64,000 nucleotides of DNA from Syntrophorhabdales bacterium (GCA_049521495.1 JBEKOT010000002.1:36206-100205); one strand, 5' to 3'; positions 19,412 to 28,442 are shown, counted from the first letter of the stretch. Numbers and translations are program-made. The notes: generated by a model from the letters alone, not told the origin.

Positions 19412-21298
19412 ATGGCGGGGGCATACGAAGATTCCTACCAAAGATCTATAGCCGATCCCCAGGCATTCTGGGGCGAGGCTGCAAGAGACATTCATTGGTA
19501 CAAACCCTATATTAAGGTCCTTGATGCGGAATCGGCGCCATTCTATAGCTGGTTCAAGGGTGGTGAGTTAAATACCTGCTACAATGCGATTGATGTCCAT
19601 GTGCTTGACGGACGGGGAGATCAAGTAGCACTCATCTACGATAGCCCCGTTACGGATACCATCAAGAAGTTCACCTACAACGAATTGTTGGACCTCGTGT
19701 CGAAGTGTGCGGGTACGCTGGCATCGCTCGGTGTGAAGAAGGGTGACAGAGTTGTTATTTATATGCCAACGATCCCAGAGGCTGCAATTGCGATGCTTGC
19801 TTGTGCAAGGATCGGCGCTATTCACTCTGTGGTCTTCGGCGGCTTTGCGCCTCACGAGCTTGCCATTCGCATTGACGATGCCAAGCCGAAAATAATCATG
19901 TCTGCATCATGCGGAATCGAGGGCAAGAAGATCATCGAGTACAAGCCGCTGTTGGAACAGGCACTTATTGTAGCCCATCATAAGCCTGAGAAGTGCATCG
20001 TTTATCAACGAGAGCAAGCGAAAGCTCGCATGAGCTTAGGCAGGGATCTCGATTGGGCGGACTGTATGGCCGAAGATAGAGCCGCAGATTGTGTTCCCGT
20101 TCGGTCCTCCGATCCCCTTTATATCCTTTACACCTCTGGTACCACAGGCATGCCCAAGGGCGTCGTCCGTGATAACGGAGGCCATGCAGTGGCGCTAAAA
20201 TGGAGCATGAAGAATATTTACGGGGTCGATCCTGGGGATGTTTTCTGGGCCGCGTCTGATGTTGGCTGGGTAGTCGGACATTCCTACATTGTCTATGCAC
20301 CACTTCTCTACGGTTGCACTACGGTGATGTACGAAGGAAAGCCTGTCGGGACTCCGGACCCAGGCGCTTTCTGGAGAGTCATTTCTGATCATAAGGTGAA
20401 GGCGCTATTCACAGCACCAACGGCATTTAGGGCCATAAAGAAAGAGGATCCGAATGGGACCTTCCTAAAAGGTTACGATCTCTCTCACTTCAAATCTCTG
20501 TTTCTCGCCGGGGAGAGGCTGGACCCGGACACCTACTACTGGGCAAGCCAATTACTGCAAAGACCGGTTATCGACCACTGGTGGCAGACGGAAACAGGAT
20601 GGGCTATCGCGGCAAACTGCGTAGGGTTGGAGCAACTGCCGATAAGAGCGGGTTCTCCTACAAAGCCTGTACCAGGATATCAGATAGAGATTATGAGTGA
20701 CAACGGGGCGGTGCTTCCCGCAGGGAAAGAAGGAACCATTGTCATAAAACTTCCTCTTCCTCCTGGCAGCTTCATGACTTTATGGAAACAGGATGCCAAA
20801 TTCAGGGAATCATATACCGATCCTTTCCCACAATACTATTATACGGGCGATGGGGGCTACTTTGACAAGGATGGGTATCTCTATGTGATGGGTCGGGTTG
20901 ATGATGTAATTAATGCGGCAGGGCACCGACTTTCGACCGGAGCGATGGAGGAAGTTATTTCAAAGCATCCCGATATTGCAGAATGCGCCGTGGTAGGCGT
21001 TGAGGATAACCTTAAGGGGCAGTTGCCTTTCGGTTTTGTCGTTATGAAATCTACAGTCGAGACTGAACCGAAGCAAATAATTGAAGAGTTGATCCGAATG
21101 GTAAGAAACCAGATTGGAGCCATTGCTTGTTTCAACCGGGCTGTAGTCGTTAAGCGCCTTCCAAAGACCCGATCTGGAAAGATTCTCAGAAAAAGCCTGA
21201 AGAAGATCGCGGATAATCAACCGTATGACGTGCCTTCAACGATCGATGATCCCGAGAGCCTCAAGGAGATTGAGGATGCCCTAAAAAGTATGGGGTAA
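19412..21298 (+). CDS. propionate/acetate--CoA ligase (PrpE/Acs family)
   Basis: YQRSIADPQAFWGEAARDIHWYKPY..., YTSGTTGMPKGV, WWQTETG, RLPKTRSGKILR. ATG 19412 sits behind GGGAGGAG; the tracked ORF begins at 19373. Confidence 0.9.
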   Translation: MAGAYEDSYQRSIADPQAFWGEAARDIHWYKPYIKVLDAESAPFYSWFKGGELNTCYNAIDVHVLDGRGDQVALIYDSPVTDTIKKFTYNELLDLVSKCAGTLASLGVKKGDRVVIYMPTIPEAAIAMLACARIGAIHSVVFGGFAPHELAIRIDDAKPKIIMSASCGIEGKKIIEYKPLLEQALIVAHHKPEKCIVYQREQAKARMSLGRDLDWADCMAEDRAADCVPVRSSDPLYILYTSGTTGMPKGVVRDNGGHAVALKWSMKNIYGVDPGDVFWAASDVGWVVGHSYIVYAPLLYGCTTVMYEGKPVGTPDPGAFWRVISDHKVKALFTAPTAFRAIKKEDPNGTFLKGYDLSHFKSLFLAGERLDPDTYYWASQLLQRPVIDHWWQTETGWAIAANCVGLEQLPIRAGSPTKPVPGYQIEIMSDNGAVLPAGKEGTIVIKLPLPPGSFMTLWKQDAKFRESYTDPFPQYYYTGDGGYFDKDGYLYVMGRVDDVINAAGHRLSTGAMEEVISKHPDIAECAVVGVEDNLKGQLPFGFVVMKSTVETEPKQIIEELIRMVRNQIGAIACFNRAVVVKRLPKTRSGKILRKSLKKIADNQPYDVPSTIDDPESLKEIEDALKSMG

Positions 21299-21344
21299 CA
21301 TAAATAGCTTTGCGTAGTTCGTTCGGTTTCGTTTCTTCGATAGA

Positions 21345-21988
21345 ATGAAATACCCAAGACTCTTCTCGCCCATAAATATCGGAAGCTGCACGTTGCAGCC
21401 AAATCGCGTGATGATGACAGCCGCAGTCACAAGGCTTGCAGGCGAGGACGGAGATGTAACCCAGCAAATCATTGACAGATACCAACGTATTGCCATGGGT
21501 GGGGTGGGCGCTATTGTTGTTGAAGCAGCGGTCGTCCTCTCCTCCCGAAGCTCATTTAACTTGCGTATCAGTGATGATTCGTTTATCAGTCAGCTGAGAA
21601 ATTTGGTGCGCGCCATAAAGGGGGTCAGAGGTAAAGATCGGCATTCAGCTTATGCACTTCCTCAAGCTTTCCAGAAGGGGATGGAGACAGAAGGTTGAAG
21701 ATCTGACACCTGAAGAGATTGCGGAGATACCCACTCAATTTGCGGCGTCTGTGAGAGCAAGGGCCTCCGGTTTCGATTTTGTTGAGCTTCACATGTCACA
21801 TTTTACGACGCTTGCTTCCTTCCTCTCCTTAAGGAATAAGAGAAATGATGAATACGGTGGCGATCTTCTAGGTAGACTTAGGCTCCCCCACTGAGGTAAT
21901 AGTGGCCACCCGGCAATCTGTGGGAAATGATTACCCTGTCGGCCTGAGAATGCTCGGAGAAGAGTTCATTAAGGAAGGTAACACCCTT
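21345..21988 (+). pseudogene. OYE-family NADH:flavin oxidoreductase, 5' part (frameshifted, then interrupted by IS21-like element)
   Basis: MKYPRLFSPINIGSCTLQPNRV...MGGVGAIVVEA; continues in +1 (IGIQLMHF...NDEYGG) and again in +1 (PTEVIVATRQSVGNDYPVGLRMLGEEFIKEGNTL). The shifts fall at GGGGG (21620-21624) and CCCCC (21885-21889). Confidence 0.85.
21981..21988. repeat. target-site duplication ACACCCTT (left copy)
   Basis: An identical 8-mer abuts the other end of the element at 25941..25948. Confidence 0.85.
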
Positions 21989-22184
21989 AGAAGCACCGGC
22001 CTCAATCGGACCCACCCCTCGCCGGTGAAGAGACCCACCTGACCGGCGTTCGGCCGGCGGCAACGCCGCCGGTTTAGAGACCCACCCCCTCTACCTTCAA
22101 ACCCCCTTAGATTCTCCCGCAAGACTGTTCTCCCAAGCATCTTTGGTCCACACTCTTTCCAACCGACGTGGTTGCGGAGGAGCC

Positions 22185-22610
22185 ATGGAGAAGACGTGCC
22201 CCCACTGCGGGAAGAGGTTTCTCCCCCATCCCGCTGTTCTCAACCAGCAATACTGCGGAAGCGCCGACTGTCAGAGAGCCAGAAAAAGGAAGTGGCAGAA
22301 AGAAAAGCTCAAAAGCGACCCAGACTACCGGGAGAACCAGGCCGCGGCCCAGAAGGCGTGGCGCGAAAGAAACAGGGGCTACTGGAGAGAGTACCGGAAG
22401 AAAAACAAGACCTACAGCGAGCGGAACCGCCTCCGTCAGAGCGAGCGGAACCGTCAGAGGCGCGTGATTGCAAAGATGGACGAGCTTGGAGCAAAAAGCC
22501 TCGTATCTCCAGGCCGCTATCGGCTCGTCCCTCTTTACGGTAAGATTGCAAAGATGGACGAGCTCATCGTCGAAATCGGCGTCGTTGCAGGGGAATGCGC
22601 TGTCGGGTGA
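22185..22610 (+). CDS. Zn-ribbon, Arg/Lys-rich hypothetical protein (IS passenger)
   Basis: MEKTCPHCGKRF...YCGSADCQRARKRKWQKEKLK...; GGAGG before ATG 22185. Contains two copies of IAKMDEL encoded by a 21-bp direct repeat. Confidence 0.55.
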   Translation: MEKTCPHCGKRFLPHPAVLNQQYCGSADCQRARKRKWQKEKLKSDPDYRENQAAAQKAWRERNRGYWREYRKKNKTYSERNRLRQSERNRQRRVIAKMDELGAKSLVSPGRYRLVPLYGKIAKMDELIVEIGVVAGECAVG

Positions 22611-22623
22611 ATGATTGCAAAGA
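22466..22623 (+). repeat. three direct repeats of GATTGCAAAGA(TG)GACGA
   Basis: GATTGCAAAGATGGACGAGCT at 22466-22486 and 22544-22564 (identical 21-mers). A degenerate third copy, GATTGCAAAGAGACGACC, starts at 22613. Confidence 0.85.
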
Positions 22624-22706
22624 GACGACCAGCTTCTCATTTCTTCCGCTCCCCGTTATTCTAAGAGCCGATGGACTGACCTATAGAAGACGTCGCCGTA
22701 TCGAAG

Positions 22707-23498
22707 ATGGGCGAGAGATACGCAGCCTTCAGGATCGTGAGCCCGAAGGCGGACGAGGCCATGGCGAAGTCGATGAAGAAATACGGACAACTGTCCCCCG
22801 TCGTGTGCGCCAAGATCGGCGACGGCTGCGAGCTCGTCGACGGGTTCAAGCGCCTCCGGGCCTGCCGGAGCCTCGGAAAGGAGACGCTCAAGGCGAGGGT
22901 TCTCAACGGAACAGAAAGAGTCTTAAAGGCCGCAATCATACAGTTGAACCGGGGCAGATCGATAAGCGGGCTCGAAGAGGCCATGGTGCTCTCTTCTCTT
23001 TATAGAGACGACGGACTCTCCCAGACGGAGACCGCCGTTCTCCTGGGCAGGCACAAAAGCTGGGTATCAAGAAGGATATCTCTTATAGAGAGACTGAGCG
23101 ACGAGGTGCGACAGGACGTCAGGCTGGGTCTTCTTTCCCAGAGCATGGGCAGGGAGCTCGCGATGTTGCCGCGCGGCAACCAGAAGGAGGCGGCACATGC
23201 GATCATCAAGCACCGGCTCTCCACGAGGGAGGCGGCAAAGCTCATCGCGTATCTTCTGTCCCGCCCGAAGTGGGACTATCATTGCATACTCGCGAGCCCC
23301 TGGAAAGCAGTAGGCCCCCGCGAGCCTCGACCGAAGGGGTTCGCCATACGGCTCGCATCCTTTGCGCGTGTTTGCACTGCGGTTGCGGAAGGGATGAAAA
23401 CGATCGCCCCGGAAGAAGCACAAAGGCTCTCCGGGCTTATAGGCTCCGCCGTCGGCGTTGCGGAAGCCGCCATCGCCGCTCTGAAGGAGGCATTGTGA
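22707..23498 (+). CDS. ParB/Srx-like N-terminal domain plus HTH protein (IS passenger)
   Basis: 263 aa; KKYGQLSPVVCAKIGDGCELVDGFKRLRACRSLG (ParB-box-like, GxxRxxA), then LSQTETAVLLGRHKSWVSRRISLIERL (HTH). Confidence 0.7.
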   Translation: MGERYAAFRIVSPKADEAMAKSMKKYGQLSPVVCAKIGDGCELVDGFKRLRACRSLGKETLKARVLNGTERVLKAAIIQLNRGRSISGLEEAMVLSSLYRDDGLSQTETAVLLGRHKSWVSRRISLIERLSDEVRQDVRLGLLSQSMGRELAMLPRGNQKEAAHAIIKHRLSTREAAKLIAYLLSRPKWDYHCILASPWKAVGPREPRPKGFAIRLASFARVCTAVAEGMKTIAPEEAQRLSGLIGSAVGVAEAAIAALKEAL

Positions 23499-24940
23499 GC
23501 CGGGAGCAGTTCGAGCATACGCTCATCATGATGTACCGGGAGGGCTGGTCGATACGCTCCCTGTCCCGTTACTTTGGCACGTCGAGGAATGCGGTCCGGA
23601 GGATCTTAAGGGTCCACGAGAGGCGGAGGAACATAGGCCGCGATGTTCTCACAAAAAGGCTAAAGAGAGCCAGCAAGCTCGACGCCTTCGAACCAGAGAT
23701 GAAGAGGATCTTCGGCAAATACCCGGACATCACCGCCGTGCGCCTCCTTGAAGAGCTCAAGGAGGCAGGCTACGCCGGAGGGATCACGATACTCCGCGAG
23801 CGGCTCGCCGATATGAGGCCTCATAAGGAGCCGGTCATGCGGTTCGAGACTGAGGCGGGCCTCCAGGGCCAAATGGATTAGAGCCCCTATACGATCCCTT
23901 TCGCGAGGAGCGGCAAGGCAACCGTCCAGTGCTTCTCCTACATCCTCGGCTTCTCCCGCAGGCAGTACGTCGACTTTACGACGAGGAGAGACTTCTTTAG
24001 CCTTATCCGCAGGCACGAGGACGCCTTCCAATACTATAACGGCGTTCCCAGGGAATGTCTGTACGATAACGAAAAGACCGTCGTCCTCCGGTGAGAGGCG
24101 GGCAAGCCCGTCTTCAACCCGGCGTTTGTCAGCTTTATTACGCACTACAACTGCAAGCCCGTCGCGTGCCGGCCTGGGCGGCCTGAAACGAAGGGGAAGA
24201 TCAAGGCGCCGTTTAAATACGTAGAATTGAACCTTTTAGGCGGCAGGGAGTTCGAGGACCTGGAGGATTTGAGGAGAGTCGCTCGGTGGTGGCTGAAGGA
24301 GAAGTCAGACCTCCACGTCCACCGCACCACGGGAAAGCCTCCCCTTGAACTCTTCGAGGAGGAGAATTTCCAGCCTCTGCCCGCCCATCCCTACGATACT
24401 GCGGAAGTTGCATTGCGGGTCTGCGACGCGGAAGGATTTGTAGCCTTCGAGACGAACCGATACTCCGCGCCCTCGGACTACATCGCCGACATCCTCACGA
24501 TAAAGGCGACGGAGCATGAGATCCTCATCTTCAGTCCCGAGATCGACCTTATCGCCCGGTATGAAAGACTCCCCGCGGGCCAGGGCAAAAAGGTCGAGAA
24601 CCCCGACCACTTCGCGCCGAAGTGCGTTCGCTACGGCCTGGAGCCGGTGAGGGAGGCCTTCATCGCCCTGGGAGAAGCGGCAGACGAGTTCTTGAAAGGG
24701 CTAGTCGAAAAGCACCCGAGGAGGTGCGGCTTCCATGCAAGGTATATCCTCCGGATGAAAGAACACTATGAGAGCGGCGACATCCACGGCGCCGTCGAGC
24801 ACGCCCTCAAGTACGGCGCCTTCGACGCCCATGCGGTCGAAAGGATCCTGAAAGCGAAGGCCGAGCCCCGCACGCTCGAGTCCGCGAGAAACGAGAAGGC
24901 CCGGAAGGACCTAGAAAAGGCGCTGCCGAGGATCGCGTAG
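23495..24940 (+). pseudogene. istA: IS21-family transposase IstA with two in-frame stop codons
   Basis: GTG 23495 (GTGA overlap with the upstream gene). N-terminal HTH, then ...GLQGQMD-TAG(23879)-SPYTIPF...YDNEKTVVLR-TGA(24092)-EAGKPVFNP...KGKIKAPFKY...HVHRTTGKPPLELFEEE, all in one frame. Both stops sit where Trp (TGG) is expected. Confidence 0.85.
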
Positions 24941-24980
24941 CGGCCGCTCGACGAGTACAGCGAACTTCTGGAGAAGGACG

Positions 24981-25772
24981 ATGAAAGCTATGCCGGAAGA
25001 AACCCTGACGAGGATCAGGGGCCATCTGAAGACCTTGCGCCTGACGGCGATGGAGAAAGCCCTTGAGAAGGAGCTGTCGGAGGCGGCGAAGAAAGCGCTT
25101 GCTCCCATGGACCTCCTCGAGCGGCTTCTATCCATCGAGGCCAACGCGCTCATCGAACGAAGGATAGAGCGAAGGGTAAGGGAGTCGAAGCTCCCCGAGA
25201 GAAAGCTCCTCGCCGACCTCGACTTCGCCTTCCAGACGGGCGTCGACAAGGCCCAGATCATGGAGATCGCGAAGCTCGACTTCGTGGAGCGCAAGCAAGG
25301 ACTTGTCGTTGCGGGGAACTCGGGCACAGGGAAGAGCCACATTGCGAAAGCGCTGCTTCTTCTTGCCTGCGCGAGGCTTTACCGCTGCAGATATACCACT
25401 GCCGCCGGCATGCTCGCCGACCTCATGGCAAGCAGGGCGGACAACACCCTCCCTATGAAGCTTAAGGCCTACACCTCTCCCGACTTCCTACTCATCGACG
25501 AGGTGGGCTTCGATCGGCTGGAGCAGGAGGACGCGAGGAACGCTTCCCTATTCTTCAAAGTTATCGACGGCAGGTACTGCAAGGGGTCGACGCTCATTAC
25601 AACGAACATTGACTTTAGTCAGCTCGGGGACTATCTCGGCGATCCCGTCGTCACCACCGCCATCGTCGATCGCATGGTGCATCACTCCATTATCATCACC
25701 ATCCAGGGGCCGAGCTGGAGGATGCACGAGTCGAAGAAGCTGAACGCCAGGACAGGCAAAGCCAAGTCGTAA
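24981..25772 (+). CDS. istB: IS21-family helper ATPase IstB
   Basis: 263 aa; Walker A GNSGTGKSHIA, Walker B LLIDEVG, TTNIDFSQ. Confidence 0.9.
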   Translation: MKAMPEETLTRIRGHLKTLRLTAMEKALEKELSEAAKKALAPMDLLERLLSIEANALIERRIERRVRESKLPERKLLADLDFAFQTGVDKAQIMEIAKLDFVERKQGLVVAGNSGTGKSHIAKALLLLACARLYRCRYTTAAGMLADLMASRADNTLPMKLKAYTSPDFLLIDEVGFDRLEQEDARNASLFFKVIDGRYCKGSTLITTNIDFSQLGDYLGDPVVTTAIVDRMVHHSIIITIQGPSWRMHESKKLNARTGKAKS

Positions 25773-25940
25773 TCCCTCCAATCTTGCCTTAGAAGCAGAG
25801 GACGACCCACTGCGGCGATGGCGCGCCAGGGGGCGGGTCCTCAAACCGGCGCTAAACGTCCCCCTTAACTCAAGAACATGCAACTATTGGGTGGGTCCGT
25901 TCGTGTGGGCAAGGTGGGTTCATTCTTAAACGATGACTCT

Positions 25941-26404
25941 ACACCCTTCTCCAGAGCGAGCCGATCGCAAAGCGTTTCGCATTGCTTGACGTCGATTTTA
26001 TTAGTGTTTCTGCAGGCGAACGGTTTGAGGATGCAGAACAACCACGAGCGAATATGCCGATTTTTGCTGGAACGGGATATAGCGGGCACCGGATGAGCCC
26101 GAGGTGGTGGAGCCCCGATGGGACCCAGGTGTATTTGGCAGAAGGCATTCGGAATGCAGTAAGGGAAGTGGGGAAAGAGGTGCCAATCGTTACAGCCGGG
26201 AAGATCCGTATGCCTGGCCTGGCAGAAGAAATCCTTGAAAAGGAAAAGGCTGACATAATTGGTATGGCGCGAACCTTGTTGGCAGATCCAGATTGGCCCA
26301 ACAAGGCGAAGGCGGGAAGAGCCGAAGAAATTGTGAAGTGTGCGGCGCCCTTTTTTCTTGATTTTTTTCTTGACTTCCAAAGCTATATTATAGCTATAAT
26401 ATAA
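25941..26404 (+). pseudogene. OYE-family oxidoreductase, 3' remainder (after IS), 3'-truncated
   Basis: LLQSEPIAKRFALLDVDFISVSAGERFED...IVTAGKIRMPGLAEEILEKEKADIIGMARTLLADPDWPNKAKAG...EEIVKC. Reads on into promoter DNA (PFFLDFFLDF...) instead of the CxxCxxC Fe-S/FAD-NAD half present in the paralog 26463..28442. Confidence 0.85.
26370..26400 (+). promoter_or_regulatory. candidate sigma70-type promoter with operator-like AGCTATA-NN-ATAGCTATA element
   Basis: TTGACT (26370-75), TATAAT (26395-400, 19-bp spacer). AGCTATATTATAGCTATA at 26381-98 includes the perfect 14-bp palindrome ATTATAGCTATAAT. The same architecture recurs at 35980-36009. Confidence 0.45.
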
Positions 26405-26462
26405 CTAGCATGAAAAACCGGATGGTTTTGAGATCACTATTAAATAAATATAGGAGGTTACA

Positions 26463-28442
26463 ATGGGTAATCAGGCGAAATGGGATTACACACAATTCCC
26501 GGGCTATAAGAAATACCCGCATCTGTTCAAGCCGATCCAGATCGGTAAATTGACTATCCCGAACCGCATCAAGTATGCGGCCACCGAGGATAACCTGAAC
26601 GATAAGAACGGCTTTGTCACCGATGCAGACGTAGCTTATATCCGGGAGAGGGCCAAGGGCGTCGTGGGCGGCATTTGCACTATGCAGGGGGTTTACATGG
26701 ATGAGCCCCGGCAGGGTCAGGGCTATGTGGGCCAGGCTGCCTGCTGGGATGACAAGTACATACCCGGGCTGAAACGCCTCGCCGACGCGATCAAGGAGGA
26801 GGGCGCGATTGCCGCAACCCAGCTGATGCACTGCGGCCGTGTCGGGGCGGTAGACGTCGCTCAGTGTCAAGGCCCCTCGCCTGTTCCCCAGAGGCTGAGG
26901 ATCTTTCGGCCCGTCCAGGTGATGACGAAGGAAGATATCAGACAGAGCATCAAGGAGCACGTCGATGCGACGATCAGGCTGGTGAAAGCCGGTTTTGAGA
27001 TCGTGGAGATATCGGGCATCGTGGGTTACCTCATTTCAAATTTCATTTCGAGTTACACCAACAAGCGAACAGATGAATATGGTGGGGATATCAAAGGAAG
27101 GATGCGGTTCGTCACAGAAATCATCAAGGAGTGCAAGGCCGTCCTCGGTGACATCCCCCTCGGCATCAGGCTTTGCTCGGACGAGCTTCTGGATGACGTG
27201 CGAGGTAACACGCCTGAGGAATCGATGATCACTTACCAGATGGCCGAGGAAGCCGGTGTCGATTACATGAGCGTCACTCTGGGCTGGCAGGAATCCATCT
27301 ACCCCGTTATTTCCCGGGATATACCCCAGGGAAACTGGCTGCACCTGGCCAAGCGGGCGAAAGACCACATAAAGATACCCGTCATGATGGCCTACCGCCT
27401 CTTCGACCCGGCCATCCCCAACAAAGCAATAGGCGAAGGCATGACCGATATGTGGGAGATGTGCCGTCCTATGATCGCCGATCCACTCCTTCCGAAGAAG
27501 GTGCTCGAAGGGAACGAGGACGAGATCCGCTGGTGCGTGGCATGCAACGTGTGCCTCGCCAGGCTCTTCAGGGACGCACCCATGACCTGCTACATCAATC
27601 CGGTCTGTGCCCATGAGTGGGACCCCAGGTTCCAGATCAAGCCTGCCGATGTGAAAAAGAAGGTTATGGTAGTCGGTGCCGGAGCAGCGGGTATGGAGGC
27701 GGCCTGGGTTGCGGCCGAGCGGGGACACGAGGTCCATGTCTACGACAAACGGGGTGAACTGGGCGGAACGCTTCTCGAAGCGAGAAGGGCGCCTTATGGT
27801 GATGACGAACTCTATTCCGCAATCAACTTCGCAAGGGCCAAGGGCGAGAAAGCAGGCGTGGAGTACCACATGGAGACCCCAGTAACGCCGGAACTGATCG
27901 AAGAAGAAGCACCTGACACTGTTGTCCTTGCTCTTGGGGCGAAACACATAAAAGGCACCGCACCCGGATTTGAAAGGGAAAACGTGGTAGGCGTCCACGA
28001 CGTTCTCGCAGGCAAGGCAAAGGTCGGTGAGAACGTGGTCGTGTGGGGGAACTACAAGCCCGGCGTGGGCGTCGCCCTCTTCCTTGCGAAACAGGGGAAG
28101 AAAGTGACCATAGTGGGTAAGCACAAGGATTTCGCCATCGACGTCAATCCCTCTTTTCGTTGGCGTTATGCGGCCTTCCTCAGACAGAACGGCGTGAACG
28201 TATACAACGACTGCGACATCGCGGAGATTACAGGTGAAGGTGTTACGGTAGCCACCTATGACGGTTACAAGTTCCCTTTGAAAGCCGATACTGTGGTCTG
28301 CACCGAAAGGGCGCCCAACAAGGATCTCCAGGACGCAGTGAAGGAGCAGGGCATCGAGCTCTATACGGTTGGGGATATGGTAACACCACGTAACCTGTCG
28401 AGTGCCGTGCACGACGGGTACAAGATAGGGCTGAAGATATAA
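26463..28442 (+). CDS. OYE-domain / [4Fe-4S] / FAD-NAD(P)-binding oxidoreductase (2,4-dienoyl-CoA reductase / 2-enoate reductase family)
   Basis: 659 aa; N-terminal OYE TIM barrel (PNRIKYAAT..., QLMHCGR, TNKRTDEYGG), Cys cluster CVACNVCLARLFRDAPMTC, then VMVVGAGAAGMEAA Rossmann domains. Confidence 0.9.
   Translation: MGNQAKWDYTQFPGYKKYPHLFKPIQIGKLTIPNRIKYAATEDNLNDKNGFVTDADVAYIRERAKGVVGGICTMQGVYMDEPRQGQGYVGQAACWDDKYIPGLKRLADAIKEEGAIAATQLMHCGRVGAVDVAQCQGPSPVPQRLRIFRPVQVMTKEDIRQSIKEHVDATIRLVKAGFEIVEISGIVGYLISNFISSYTNKRTDEYGGDIKGRMRFVTEIIKECKAVLGDIPLGIRLCSDELLDDVRGNTPEESMITYQMAEEAGVDYMSVTLGWQESIYPVISRDIPQGNWLHLAKRAKDHIKIPVMMAYRLFDPAIPNKAIGEGMTDMWEMCRPMIADPLLPKKVLEGNEDEIRWCVACNVCLARLFRDAPMTCYINPVCAHEWDPRFQIKPADVKKKVMVVGAGAAGMEAAWVAAERGHEVHVYDKRGELGGTLLEARRAPYGDDELYSAINFARAKGEKAGVEYHMETPVTPELIEEEAPDTVVLALGAKHIKGTAPGFERENVVGVHDVLAGKAKVGENVVVWGNYKPGVGVALFLAKQGKKVTIVGKHKDFAIDVNPSFRWRYAAFLRQNGVNVYNDCDIAEITGEGVTVATYDGYKFPLKADTVVCTERAPNKDLQDAVKEQGIELYTVGDMVTPRNLSSAVHDGYKIGLKI

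Larger units (their letters stand above)
21989..25940 (+). mobile_element. IS21-family insertion element (3952 bp) with two extra passenger ORFs
   Basis: 8-bp TSD. Imperfect 28-bp terminal inverted repeats (AGAAGCACCGGCCTCAATCGGACCCACC vs reverse complement AGAGTCATCGTTTAAGAATGAACCCACC, 16/28 by eye). Repeated GACCCACC subterminal motifs at 22009, 22032, 22079 and, inverted, at 25890 and 25913. Contains an istA-istB pair. Confidence 0.9.

Noticed and set aside
22107-22640. 177-aa minus-strand ORF and two further overlapping plus-strand ORFs (22168..22467, 22172..22543) in the IS left part
   Set aside because: All overlap the Zn-ribbon ORF, which has an SD, an ATG and CxxC motifs. The alternatives are Arg/Pro/Gly-rich frames without motifs.
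23879-24094. Programmed read-through or recoding of TAG/TGA in istA
   Set aside because: TGA and TAG function as ordinary stops for many well-supported genes in this window, and both positions are explained by single G-to-A changes of Trp codons. A pseudogene is the simpler reading.
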